DNA of 33,459 bases from an uncultured Oscillospiraceae bacterium (GTDB lineage: Bacteria > Bacillota > Clostridia > Oscillospirales > JAAYOS01): NCBI GenBank assembly GCA_964542515.1, contig CAZIVK010000001.1, positions 1 through 33,459 of the forward strand. The letters are read 5' to 3'. This document shows positions 7,746-15,414 of the stretch, one piece after another. How positions within the stretch are numbered: position 1 is the stretch's first letter; each line of letters starts with the position of its first letter. Both the position numbers and the translations under genes were made by a program. The notes under the pieces are model-generated. The model was not told where the DNA came from. It saw only the letters and a list, made by a program, of their open reading frames with translations, and ran no database searches.

Positions 7746-10700
7746 TCAAAATAGTGTAATTTGGTCGCTTTTGATGTAGATGTGTTCTAGTCTCTCATTT
7801 CGTGTGACACTTGGTGATGTTATAACGTCGTCTGTCTTTAAGTATGATTTATTGCCATAAAGAGAGGGGCGTACAGAGAGCTGGTAAATCAAGGCAAACT
7901 GTCCCGTTATAGAGCTTTGACTCAGGTCGGACAGGCATATCATCTGGGTATCGAACTTTTTAGATATTTCAATCATAGCTTCCAAGAGGTGGCGCGATGA
8001 AGTTTTCCCAAAAGGATTGTCAATAATAAATGTCTTTGTTCCTTGGGTGATATTGTCTCCACTCTGCTGCATGAATTTCTTGCGGGTGTAGGCAATAAGC
8101 GCCGAGATCAAAATAAAGCAGGACACAAACATCTCGCCCCCTGAGTTTTGCACAACAACATTTTCCCACTGCTTTAAGCGGCTGTTGTTAGGGTTTATGT
8201 CAACCTTATAGAGCTTAACTGAGAGAGTGTCCCTGTTGATTGTTGTGTTAAGCAGCTGGCGATCAGATAGCATAGTGGCGACTCTTTTGCGTATGCTCAA
8301 GGAACCTGTGGTGTCGTCTCCCCGCTCTGTGCGCAGTAAGACAATACACTGGTTGATGTGGTCTTTCATTCTCTCTTCGACGGAATTATCCAAGTCGTCA
8401 GGCAGCTCAATTTTCAGCATTTGTTGGGGGCTGTTCCTGCCAGGAAGCTTTACAGAGGATGATGATGAGATCTGACTCAGTTCAGAGTAGAGCTTCTTTC
8501 CTTGGAGGACAGCGTGTTGTGTAACATGAGCTTTGTCCTTTTCAATGGTTTCCAAAGCATTTTCAATTATCTTTAGGTAGTCGATAAGGCGATCGTTGGC
8601 GGCAGTAGTGCGCTCATATACGTGATAACATTCACTGAAATCTAAATTATGGTTTTCAAGAGAGGCGACCTCAAGAAAAGGATCGATGATGGTGTGCGAT
8701 CCACTAAATTCACCCTTAATATTTTGATAGCTCCCATTAGTTATATTGAAGGTCCTTGTGCACAGGGCTCTTGTCTCTTTTAGCTCTTTGCTAAGTTCAT
8801 TGATGTTCAGATCTAGCCAGTTAGGTGTTGGCGTTATATCACTTGCTGTAACGGCATCAACATCCACACTGCGACGAATATCGTTGCGATGTTCGTTATA
8901 TGCCGCAATGGCACGATTATTCTGATTCAGTTGATTTTGAATATCATCCCGTGCTTTGCTTATCTTGTCCTTGCGGAATGGGTAATCACCCTTAATCTCA
9001 TCAATTGGCAGAGGGTCAGTGAAACCAGCTGATTCTAGGTCCTTTTTCCTTTCTCTATAGATACTGAGAGCGGCGTTCATTATGGCGTTGGCTTCTATGC
9101 TTAGTTTGTTAGCATCATCGTACTCTTTCTGAGCAGCTATGGCCTTTGTGGTGAAAAGGTTGTAGAGTTCTTCACTATATGTCACAGAACGGTATTCGCT
9201 TTCACTAAGGTCAGAAAAGTCCCTCTTCAAAATTCTTTCTGCGCTTGAACGCTCCTTTGCAGCGCTGTTTATCCTCTCGTTGAGGAGAACTCTCTTGTCG
9301 CTGACCTTATTCAAGTAATCTTGGTAACGCTCCTTAAGAACATCCAAGCTACCCGTGGTTAGTGTGCCCTCCTCACGGAGAGGCAGTTTGTCTAGTTCAA
9401 GACGGTATTTGCCTACAGTTTCTTGGAGGTCTCTCCTTTTAGCGGTACTTATAGATAAACTGGAACGTAACTCCTCTAGTAAGCGCTCTGCATTTTGTTG
9501 GTCCTCCGTTAAATGCTCAAGCTCCTTGTCGTTTTGAACCTTGGAGTTGAGAGTCTCCATATACAGCTCATTTTGAGCCAAATACTCATCAAAACGGGCT
9601 ATATTGGAGATACAGACCTCATGTTCCTGTTCCGAACGATGCATATGTTCCAAAATGGAGACGTTTTCTGCTTGAAGCTCCTTTTGATCGTGCTGGAGCT
9701 TCTTCAAAGTATCCTCAAGGTGTGCACTTGATGCTTCAAGAGTTGCTTCCTCTTCAGTTAAAAGTTCCAATGTTCCTTTTTCATAGGGGAATTGCAAAAT
9801 TATGGTACTGTTATGGTTGAGCTCTTGCAGCTCTAAGTTACAGTGTTTGTCCTCTCTGACGGTAGCTTCTATCTCCTCCTGTAAGGTCTCCTGGTAGCTA
9901 TCCTTTGTGTCTGCGCCAAAGCTTCTAAGGTTGTAATAGCAGACGAACTGTACAGGGTCTAGGAAGATGGTCTTATTTACCGGAGCTAAGCTGCTTTCTA
10001 GATCCTCAAAGGCAAATATAGGGCATGCGCGGCCTATTTCATCATGCGCGGGCAATTTATTTATCCGAACAATATCCTTCTTGGCGACTAAGAAACAGTA
10101 TGGTAGAAGTGGATTACGCGATATTAGCTGGTCCTGAACGGATTTTTCATAGTTCTTTAGGTAGCTCTCTCCGGTGGTAAATTCAATGCCTTCCTTTTGT
10201 AGGATGTTGCCAAAGGAGGGATCGGTATGGACGCTGCCATTTCTGAGGGCCTTCAAAAACTCCCGCTGCTTGCTGAGGGAGACTACAATTGCCGATTGAC
10301 GCTCCTCAAGAGTCCTCCTCTGTTCATTGAGGGTAATTGTGTTTATCTCCTTATCAAAGCGGTTTTCAAAAGGAATCTTGCATCCCCTTAGTGCAAGTTT
10401 AAGTGTCTCCTCATCCTTCTTGTACCTTTCAATTTCATGGGTCTTGAGGTCGAGCTGTATGCGGGTATCCCGGAGAGAGTCCTCATATCTCGACTGCTCC
10501 TGTGAATTGAGGACAATACGATCATTGTTAGCCTCATATTTACGGGTTAATTCTGCTTTCCTATCTAGTAGCTGCGTCTTGAGCGCTTGCAAATGATTGG
10601 TAAATGCTTCAACTTCACTGGGATCAAGGATTCCGGTTAGCATCCTTCCCACAGAAAAACTAAGATCCCGAAACGTGTTCTCCTCACGTTTTAGGAAGGA

Positions 10701-12107
10701 CTCTATCTTTTCCTCGAGGCGTCCCGACAAGCTTTTGCATGCGTCGCTTCTGCTCCGCGCATTTAAGAGTATTTTGCTAGTACTGTCCTTTTGCTCATGG
10801 GCTTGCGCAATAGTTTCATCGGTTTTTTTCAGTTCAGTGTCACGTTCCTGAATTTCTTCATTGTAACGTAAGCGTAGGGTATATTCTAGATTGATGGTAT
10901 TCTGTGTGGTATCAGATGATTCAAGGCGTCCAAGTTCCTCCTTATACGAATCAATCTTGTCGGTGGTCTCCATAATAATGCTGTGTTGCTCAGCTGCTCC
11001 TTGTATCATTTTTGCTCTACTTGCCGATTGTAAAGAAACTACTTTTTCCTCTAGAACATTTGAGGCATGTTCGGCTTTTTCCGAGGCATCCTCCCACGCC
11101 CTCTGTTTGTCGTAGAGCCTCTCTGAGAGCTCCTCGTATTGAATGTGCAGGAGCTGCGCTTGGAGATCTATATCTGAGTTTTTAAGCTGGTTTTTTTGAT
11201 CTTCAAGGGCAGAAATTTTTTGAGTAAAAAAGCTGTAAAGGCCAACAAGGATCTGTTCAATCCTATCGGAGGTGGAGAGATTGCCACAAAGTTCCTCCAG
11301 CTGGTCGATATAGGTGCCAATACGGGTGCGGAAGTTGTCCAATAGCTCCTTTTGCCGTACATTGTCCTCCTGCTCCAGGATGGAATCCATTAGTGCCACA
11401 AACATCTCAAATAGGTTGTCATTTCCCGATATGCTATCCGAAACGGTCTTAAGAATCCACTTATCTATTAGGCTATCCGATGTCCTACAACTTGCAAAGA
11501 GCTCGTCAACACCGCCTTCTTTTTCATTAATCTTCTGAATGATTCTCCACTCGTCCTGTAGGATACCATGTTCAGCTAGCTCCTTTTTGTAGCGGTCCAT
11601 GTCATCTCTAACAAAGTAGTTAATTTTGGATGAGCTATCCCTGGCCTGCCGAATTTCCTTCATGGCGGAGTCGTAGTTGAGGTAGATAACGCCGTTGTTT
11701 AGATGGTCAATAAAAGGGATGTTGGCGATGTCATATCTGTTTGCTTCCGTATAGTGATTGGTAAAAGTGAAATATTTTACACGGGCGGAGCTCTCTAAAC
11801 TGGATCCTGAGACGCACATTACTATACCTGTAAGGAAATAGGTTGGCTGAAGGGTGTCAAGTTTCCACTCTATAAGAATGAACGTTGGGGAGCTGGGGGA
11901 GCTGAGGTAATCCTCAACCTTTCTTCCGTGGATTCTAGCGGAGGGAAGTACGGGTTGTAGCATCATTTGGACCAGAACACTTTTGCCACTGCCATTTGCC
12001 AGATTTAGAAGAATATTCTCTCCTCCGAAGGAGTCGTATATCTCATCCGTTATATGTTTGTTGTCATAGGACACATTTGCAACGCGGATTCTATTAATTG
12101 TGGGCAC
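7746..12107 (-). CDS. SMC/MukB-like ABC ATPase, 1453 aa (candidate JetC/MksB-like subunit)
   Basis: GTG start at 12107, 2 nt after the upstream stop and preceded by a GGGGGG/AAGG purine run. N-terminal head with Walker A LANGSGKS (11979-11999) followed by VLVQMMLQPVLP, as in MukB/JetC heads. Hundreds of residues are Glu/Lys/Leu/Gln-rich and arm-like. A Pro/Cys/Phe-containing non-coiled middle segment lies around aa 620-745. The C-terminal head carries the signature NSGGE (8133-8144) and the Walker-B-like TFIIDNPFG (about 8004-8030). Confidence 0.7.
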   Translation of the reverse strand: MPTINRIRVANVSYDNKHITDEIYDSFGGENILLNLANGSGKSVLVQMMLQPVLPSARIHGRKVEDYLSSPSSPTFILIEWKLDTLQPTYFLTGIVMCVSGSSLESSARVKYFTFTNHYTEANRYDIANIPFIDHLNNGVIYLNYDSAMKEIRQARDSSSKINYFVRDDMDRYKKELAEHGILQDEWRIIQKINEKEGGVDELFASCRTSDSLIDKWILKTVSDSISGNDNLFEMFVALMDSILEQEDNVRQKELLDNFRTRIGTYIDQLEELCGNLSTSDRIEQILVGLYSFFTQKISALEDQKNQLKNSDIDLQAQLLHIQYEELSERLYDKQRAWEDASEKAEHASNVLEEKVVSLQSASRAKMIQGAAEQHSIIMETTDKIDSYKEELGRLESSDTTQNTINLEYTLRLRYNEEIQERDTELKKTDETIAQAHEQKDSTSKILLNARSRSDACKSLSGRLEEKIESFLKREENTFRDLSFSVGRMLTGILDPSEVEAFTNHLQALKTQLLDRKAELTRKYEANNDRIVLNSQEQSRYEDSLRDTRIQLDLKTHEIERYKKDEETLKLALRGCKIPFENRFDKEINTITLNEQRRTLEERQSAIVVSLSKQREFLKALRNGSVHTDPSFGNILQKEGIEFTTGESYLKNYEKSVQDQLISRNPLLPYCFLVAKKDIVRINKLPAHDEIGRACPIFAFEDLESSLAPVNKTIFLDPVQFVCYYNLRSFGADTKDSYQETLQEEIEATVREDKHCNLELQELNHNSTIILQFPYEKGTLELLTEEEATLEASSAHLEDTLKKLQHDQKELQAENVSILEHMHRSEQEHEVCISNIARFDEYLAQNELYMETLNSKVQNDKELEHLTEDQQNAERLLEELRSSLSISTAKRRDLQETVGKYRLELDKLPLREEGTLTTGSLDVLKERYQDYLNKVSDKRVLLNERINSAAKERSSAERILKRDFSDLSESEYRSVTYSEELYNLFTTKAIAAQKEYDDANKLSIEANAIMNAALSIYRERKKDLESAGFTDPLPIDEIKGDYPFRKDKISKARDDIQNQLNQNNRAIAAYNEHRNDIRRSVDVDAVTASDITPTPNWLDLNINELSKELKETRALCTRTFNITNGSYQNIKGEFSGSHTIIDPFLEVASLENHNLDFSECYHVYERTTAANDRLIDYLKIIENALETIEKDKAHVTQHAVLQGKKLYSELSQISSSSSVKLPGRNSPQQMLKIELPDDLDNSVEERMKDHINQCIVLLRTERGDDTTGSLSIRKRVATMLSDRQLLNTTINRDTLSVKLYKVDINPNNSRLKQWENVVVQNSGGEMFVSCFILISALIAYTRKKFMQQSGDNITQGTKTFIIDNPFGKTSSRHLLEAMIEISKKFDTQMICLSDLSQSSITGQFALIYQLSVRPSLYGNKSYLKTDDVITSPSVTRNERLEHIYIKSDQITLF

Positions 12108-12109
12108 CC

Positions 12110-12793
12110 TTAGTCCCCCCTTCCGGTTCTAAAAATACTGTTGATATCTTCTATGCGGCGCTCGTCAAGGTAGTAGTTTATCATCAGGTCATCCAGGCGC
12201 TGAGTCGTACGGATTTCACGCCTGTCGTCGTAAAAGTCAGTAAGTTTGTGGCGCTCCAGTAGGCGGCATGCGCGCATTACGGCTTCATGTCTGGTTGTGC
12301 GCTTTGTGTCGTCGTAGATGGGGCGTGACGCCCAGATTTCTGCTATGTTCTTGAAGTTGATGGAGTATTTGGACTCCAGTGTCTCCTGCATCTCATTGGA
12401 GGCATTGCTAAAATGGGTGTCCAGCTCACTTACGATATCCTTGATTTGCAGAAATGTGCGCTGCTTTGGATTGTTATTCTTTCCTCCGTAAAAGAGGTAG
12501 AGGATTGTCATAACAATGTAGCACTGTAAAAAAGCTTCCACCAGACGGGCACTGGATGCAACACTTTCACGGATGTCGCGCAATGAAAAGCTTAGAAGGT
12601 CGTTGTCTATATCCGGAACAAGATATACAGTATGGGGAATATCCACAAGGGTAAAGCCCAACTCCTCCCCAAAGGACTCAAGCATATCCCGCACTTCGCT
12701 GTCTTTGTAGTCTGAATATAGGTAGGGGTCGTCCTTGTCGTGCAGCTTCCCGTCCTCAATCAGTTTTCTGTAGATTTTAAGCGCTCGTCTCAT
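12110..12793 (-). CDS. Hypothetical 227-aa protein; candidate JetB/MksE-like (KITE, winged-helix) subunit
   Basis: GAGGTGA RBS 6 nt upstream of the ATG at 12793. The assignment rests on size, position directly upstream of the SMC gene, and a segment (MLESFGEELGFTLVDIPHTVYLVP) that resembles the pattern I associate with DUF4194/MksE proteins. There is no catalytic motif. Confidence 0.45.
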   Translation of the reverse strand: MRRALKIYRKLIEDGKLHDKDDPYLYSDYKDSEVRDMLESFGEELGFTLVDIPHTVYLVPDIDNDLLSFSLRDIRESVASSARLVEAFLQCYIVMTILYLFYGGKNNNPKQRTFLQIKDIVSELDTHFSNASNEMQETLESKYSINFKNIAEIWASRPIYDDTKRTTRHEAVMRACRLLERHKLTDFYDDRREIRTTQRLDDLMINYYLDERRIEDINSIFRTGRGD

Positions 12794-14348
12794 GTTTACT
12801 CACCTCAAAGGATAGATTGTTTATAGATATCAAGTCGTAGCTAAAGATTCTGTCGGATTTTTCCACTGATACGGTAAGCACTGAATAAAAGCTTGGATCC
12901 CTATCCTCGATACAGCTGAGGCAATAGGACAGGTCAAACTCACCGTTACAGTCCATTGTACGTATGCCCTCCTGTAGCCAACGGCTTATATCGATAACCT
13001 TGTATTCATAAAGTTTTAGCATTGTCAGATAGAGCATCCGGTTTTCCAGTAAATCATTAAAACTGGGTGTTGTACGTAGGTGTTCAAAAAAATCGTCAAA
13101 GAAAAAGCCATCCTTGTTTTGGGACGCAAAGTTAAGAAGGGAGTTAATAATACGGACATAAGCACTGTTTTTGCGCTCAATAGACTGCCTAAACATCTCC
13201 TCCTCGGCCATCTCGTCGTTTTCCAGAAGGAAGTTCTCCTCCTCCTCTTTTATCTTGGACTGGGTGTCGTAGATGAGGTTGAGGTTTAGAAACCGGTTCA
13301 TTGCAGGTAACAAGAGAGGATTAAGTAATTTGTTTACAATGCTATTCAGGTCATTTTCTGACATTATTTCAACTTGTGCCATAGGGCTAAGTATTTTTTC
13401 TTCAAAGTTATAGGTCTTTATTCTGTTATAGGCTATAGAGTCGGAAAGTACTTCCAGGTAGAGTTTCTTTAAGGATTTACACTCTGTGAGGAGTGTCCTT
13501 TGGTAATCCAGGGCGGTCTCTACGTTTGCAGTAATTGTAGCAATTTCAAGTTTTGCGGTTTTAAGTTTATCGTCAAGATCCCCAGAGCGCCGCTCCTCCC
13601 CGTTTAGGCGTTCTGCGGCTAGGGCAATCATCTCACTGATCTCTTTCATAGTGTCGTATTCCTGTTCAAGCAATGAGTTAATTTCTCGAATTAGGGTATC
13701 GTACTCTTCACCTGAAATAGTTGAGACACTGTTGCGCAGTTGAGCAATAAACTGCATGAGTTCGTTGCGTTTATTGATAAGCATCCGGATAAGTTCTTTG
13801 CTCTGAGATACCGCTTTTTTGTAGTTCTTCTTACTGATGAGCATTTTAAGCTTGATTTCTTCTATCTCAAAGCCCAGCTCATCGTCCACTTCCTTAGTGC
13901 GGAACATGAAATTATAGCCCTGTCTGGTGAGCTCGTAGACAATCTTGTGATCCACATTAATCTTGTCCGAGATGAGTCGGATTGGGACATCCACAAGACC
14001 CCTGCCATAGTGCATAACGGAGTATAGGCGTCTGTCCCCTTTGTTTTGCAAAATATCCTTAACTAAGTAACGGGTTAAGGTTTCAGCCTCTTCAATGGAG
14101 TAGTTCTTTTTGTACTCCGGGAGTATATCACGGACAAATGCCGATATTGACTCAATTGTGCAGTCCTGATTTTCTGTCAGTGTGGTCTCCATAATAAAGT
14201 TGAGAATTGAGAGGATGATGTTGTCCAGCTCATACTTTTCAAAGGCTCTCTCAATGTCCTCTGAGGTGTTCCGTCGGTTTACTATGGAGTCCACTACTGC
14301 GGCCAGCTCCATCCTTTTTTCAAAGCCTGATAGGAAATCTGGTATCAT
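12777..14348 (-). CDS. Hypothetical 523-aa protein; candidate kleisin-like (JetA/MksF-like) subunit
   Basis: The ATG at 14348 overlaps the upstream TGA (ATGA), with AAGGGGAGGG upstream. The protein looks mostly helical, with a central charged, coiled stretch (about aa 170-300). Its size and position match JetA. No motif was recognised, so the assignment is by context only. Confidence 0.4.
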   Translation of the reverse strand: MIPDFLSGFEKRMELAAVVDSIVNRRNTSEDIERAFEKYELDNIILSILNFIMETTLTENQDCTIESISAFVRDILPEYKKNYSIEEAETLTRYLVKDILQNKGDRRLYSVMHYGRGLVDVPIRLISDKINVDHKIVYELTRQGYNFMFRTKEVDDELGFEIEEIKLKMLISKKNYKKAVSQSKELIRMLINKRNELMQFIAQLRNSVSTISGEEYDTLIREINSLLEQEYDTMKEISEMIALAAERLNGEERRSGDLDDKLKTAKLEIATITANVETALDYQRTLLTECKSLKKLYLEVLSDSIAYNRIKTYNFEEKILSPMAQVEIMSENDLNSIVNKLLNPLLLPAMNRFLNLNLIYDTQSKIKEEEENFLLENDEMAEEEMFRQSIERKNSAYVRIINSLLNFASQNKDGFFFDDFFEHLRTTPSFNDLLENRMLYLTMLKLYEYKVIDISRWLQEGIRTMDCNGEFDLSYCLSCIEDRDPSFYSVLTVSVEKSDRIFSYDLISINNLSFEVSKHETSA

Positions 14349-15406
14349 GGTCTAAAACCCTCCCCTTTGACTCTTGTAAGAAGCTTGTCCAACCTCTGAT
14401 AGTGCATAATTTCCTGGGGTATGTACTTACTTTGTGTAAGAATACTGCAGATATCCTCCTGAATTTTGGGACTAAAGCAGCAGAGAAAGTCTGCCATATC
14501 GGAGGGGACAGCCTGGTTGTGCTTTACTTTACCAAGGGTTGAGGATCCGTGCGCCAGCATCTCCTCATAGAGTTCATGAAATAGGGCTATATTCAGGGTA
14601 GGGTTTGCTTTGCGCACGCGTAAGAACAGCTCTATTCCCATATAGTCCAGGTCCCCAAAGTACAGGTAGTGGACGTCATCACCATAGTTTAGGATTCCAT
14701 AATCTGTAAGGGCGTCTTTCCTGTTTATTTTGTTGCCCTCACCATAGAGGATAGCATCTATCTGTCTATCAAAAAGGGTACAACGATAGCGTCGCAGGGA
14801 TAAGATCCGCCGCAACGTAAACCAGGTATCCTTATTTTCAATAATTAGCACGTTCATTTTCTGATTCTGATTATCCACATAATCAAAGAAAGGTTCAGGT
14901 GTTAGATAGTAGTTTAGCCGCCCCCTCAGCCCGTTGAAACTGAGTACTGCTTTGGCGAGGGAGGTGTCTAGCATTTTTTCATCAGTCCATATCGAGTAAG
15001 ATCTCTCGTTTTTTGACATGGGAGCTTCCAGTAGACAGCTGTCCTTAATTAGGTAGTTGCAGAGAGGCCAGATAACTTGCCTATGTTTTTTATATAGGTT
15101 GATGTTTTCCAAATAACCGGAGATATTCATGCTGGGGTGTAACGTCTTGATTTCCTCTACGTAGGGCTGGTTGTCCTCCGATTCACGGAGAATCCTGTAC
15201 TTTAGGCTAAGAGCAGGGACTTTCCCGTTGGTATCCTGCTTCCTGCCTGCCGGTTTTATTGTCCCATCTAGGATTAGCTCGTTTATTGTCTGAAAAAAAA
15301 GGGCGTAGTCAACAGACCCCACAAGCTTTTCCAACTCGTTTAGGTCAATAAAAACCTTTTGAAAATTTAACAGTTGACTCTTAAGCTGTCCTATTAAAAT
15401 TCCCAT
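14345..15406 (-). CDS. JetD/MksG-like protein with a C-terminal Toprim-type domain (DUF2220-like), 353 aa
   Basis: The C-terminal half carries NVLIIENKDTWF (E190, codon 14837-14839), then ILYGEGNKI and YLYFGDLDYMGIELF (D252/D254, about 14645-14653). That is the Toprim E...DxD arrangement seen in JetD and topo VI-A. The upstream segment NERSYSIWTDEKML is reminiscent of JetD-family N-domains; this is recollection, not a search. Confidence 0.6.
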   Translation of the reverse strand: MGILIGQLKSQLLNFQKVFIDLNELEKLVGSVDYALFFQTINELILDGTIKPAGRKQDTNGKVPALSLKYRILRESEDNQPYVEEIKTLHPSMNISGYLENINLYKKHRQVIWPLCNYLIKDSCLLEAPMSKNERSYSIWTDEKMLDTSLAKAVLSFNGLRGRLNYYLTPEPFFDYVDNQNQKMNVLIIENKDTWFTLRRILSLRRYRCTLFDRQIDAILYGEGNKINRKDALTDYGILNYGDDVHYLYFGDLDYMGIELFLRVRKANPTLNIALFHELYEEMLAHGSSTLGKVKHNQAVPSDMADFLCCFSPKIQEDICSILTQSKYIPQEIMHYQRLDKLLTRVKGEGFRP

Positions 15407-15414
15407 AATATTAA

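Larger units (their letters stand above)
7746..15406 (-). other. Four-gene SMC / Toprim operon, Wadjet (JetABCD/MksBEFG)-like with a non-canonical arrangement
   Basis: Four co-directional genes are joined by an ATGA overlap, a 17-nt overlap and a 2-nt gap. The composition is lower in GC than both flanks on hand spot counts. See the individual CDS entries and findings. Confidence 0.6.

Noticed and set aside
8227-11538. Series of 60-90-aa plus-strand ORFs (e.g. 8227-8475, 10327-10596, 10597-10851, 10891-11115, 11314-11538) opposite the 1453-aa gene
   Set aside because: These are Ser/Leu/Arg-rich mirror frames of a Glu/Lys/Leu-rich coiled-coil gene. They have no RBSs and no independent signals, which is typical of antisense artefacts.
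7746-12107. Alternative reading of the 1453-aa ATPase as an SbcC/Rad50-type nuclease partner or as a housekeeping Smc/MukB
   Set aside because: There is no SbcD/Mre11-type phosphoesterase gene nearby. The partners are a Toprim protein plus two proteins of kleisin/KITE size. The operon is AT-richer than its flanks and sits among accessory genes. This alternative is not excluded without profile searches, but it is the less parsimonious reading.
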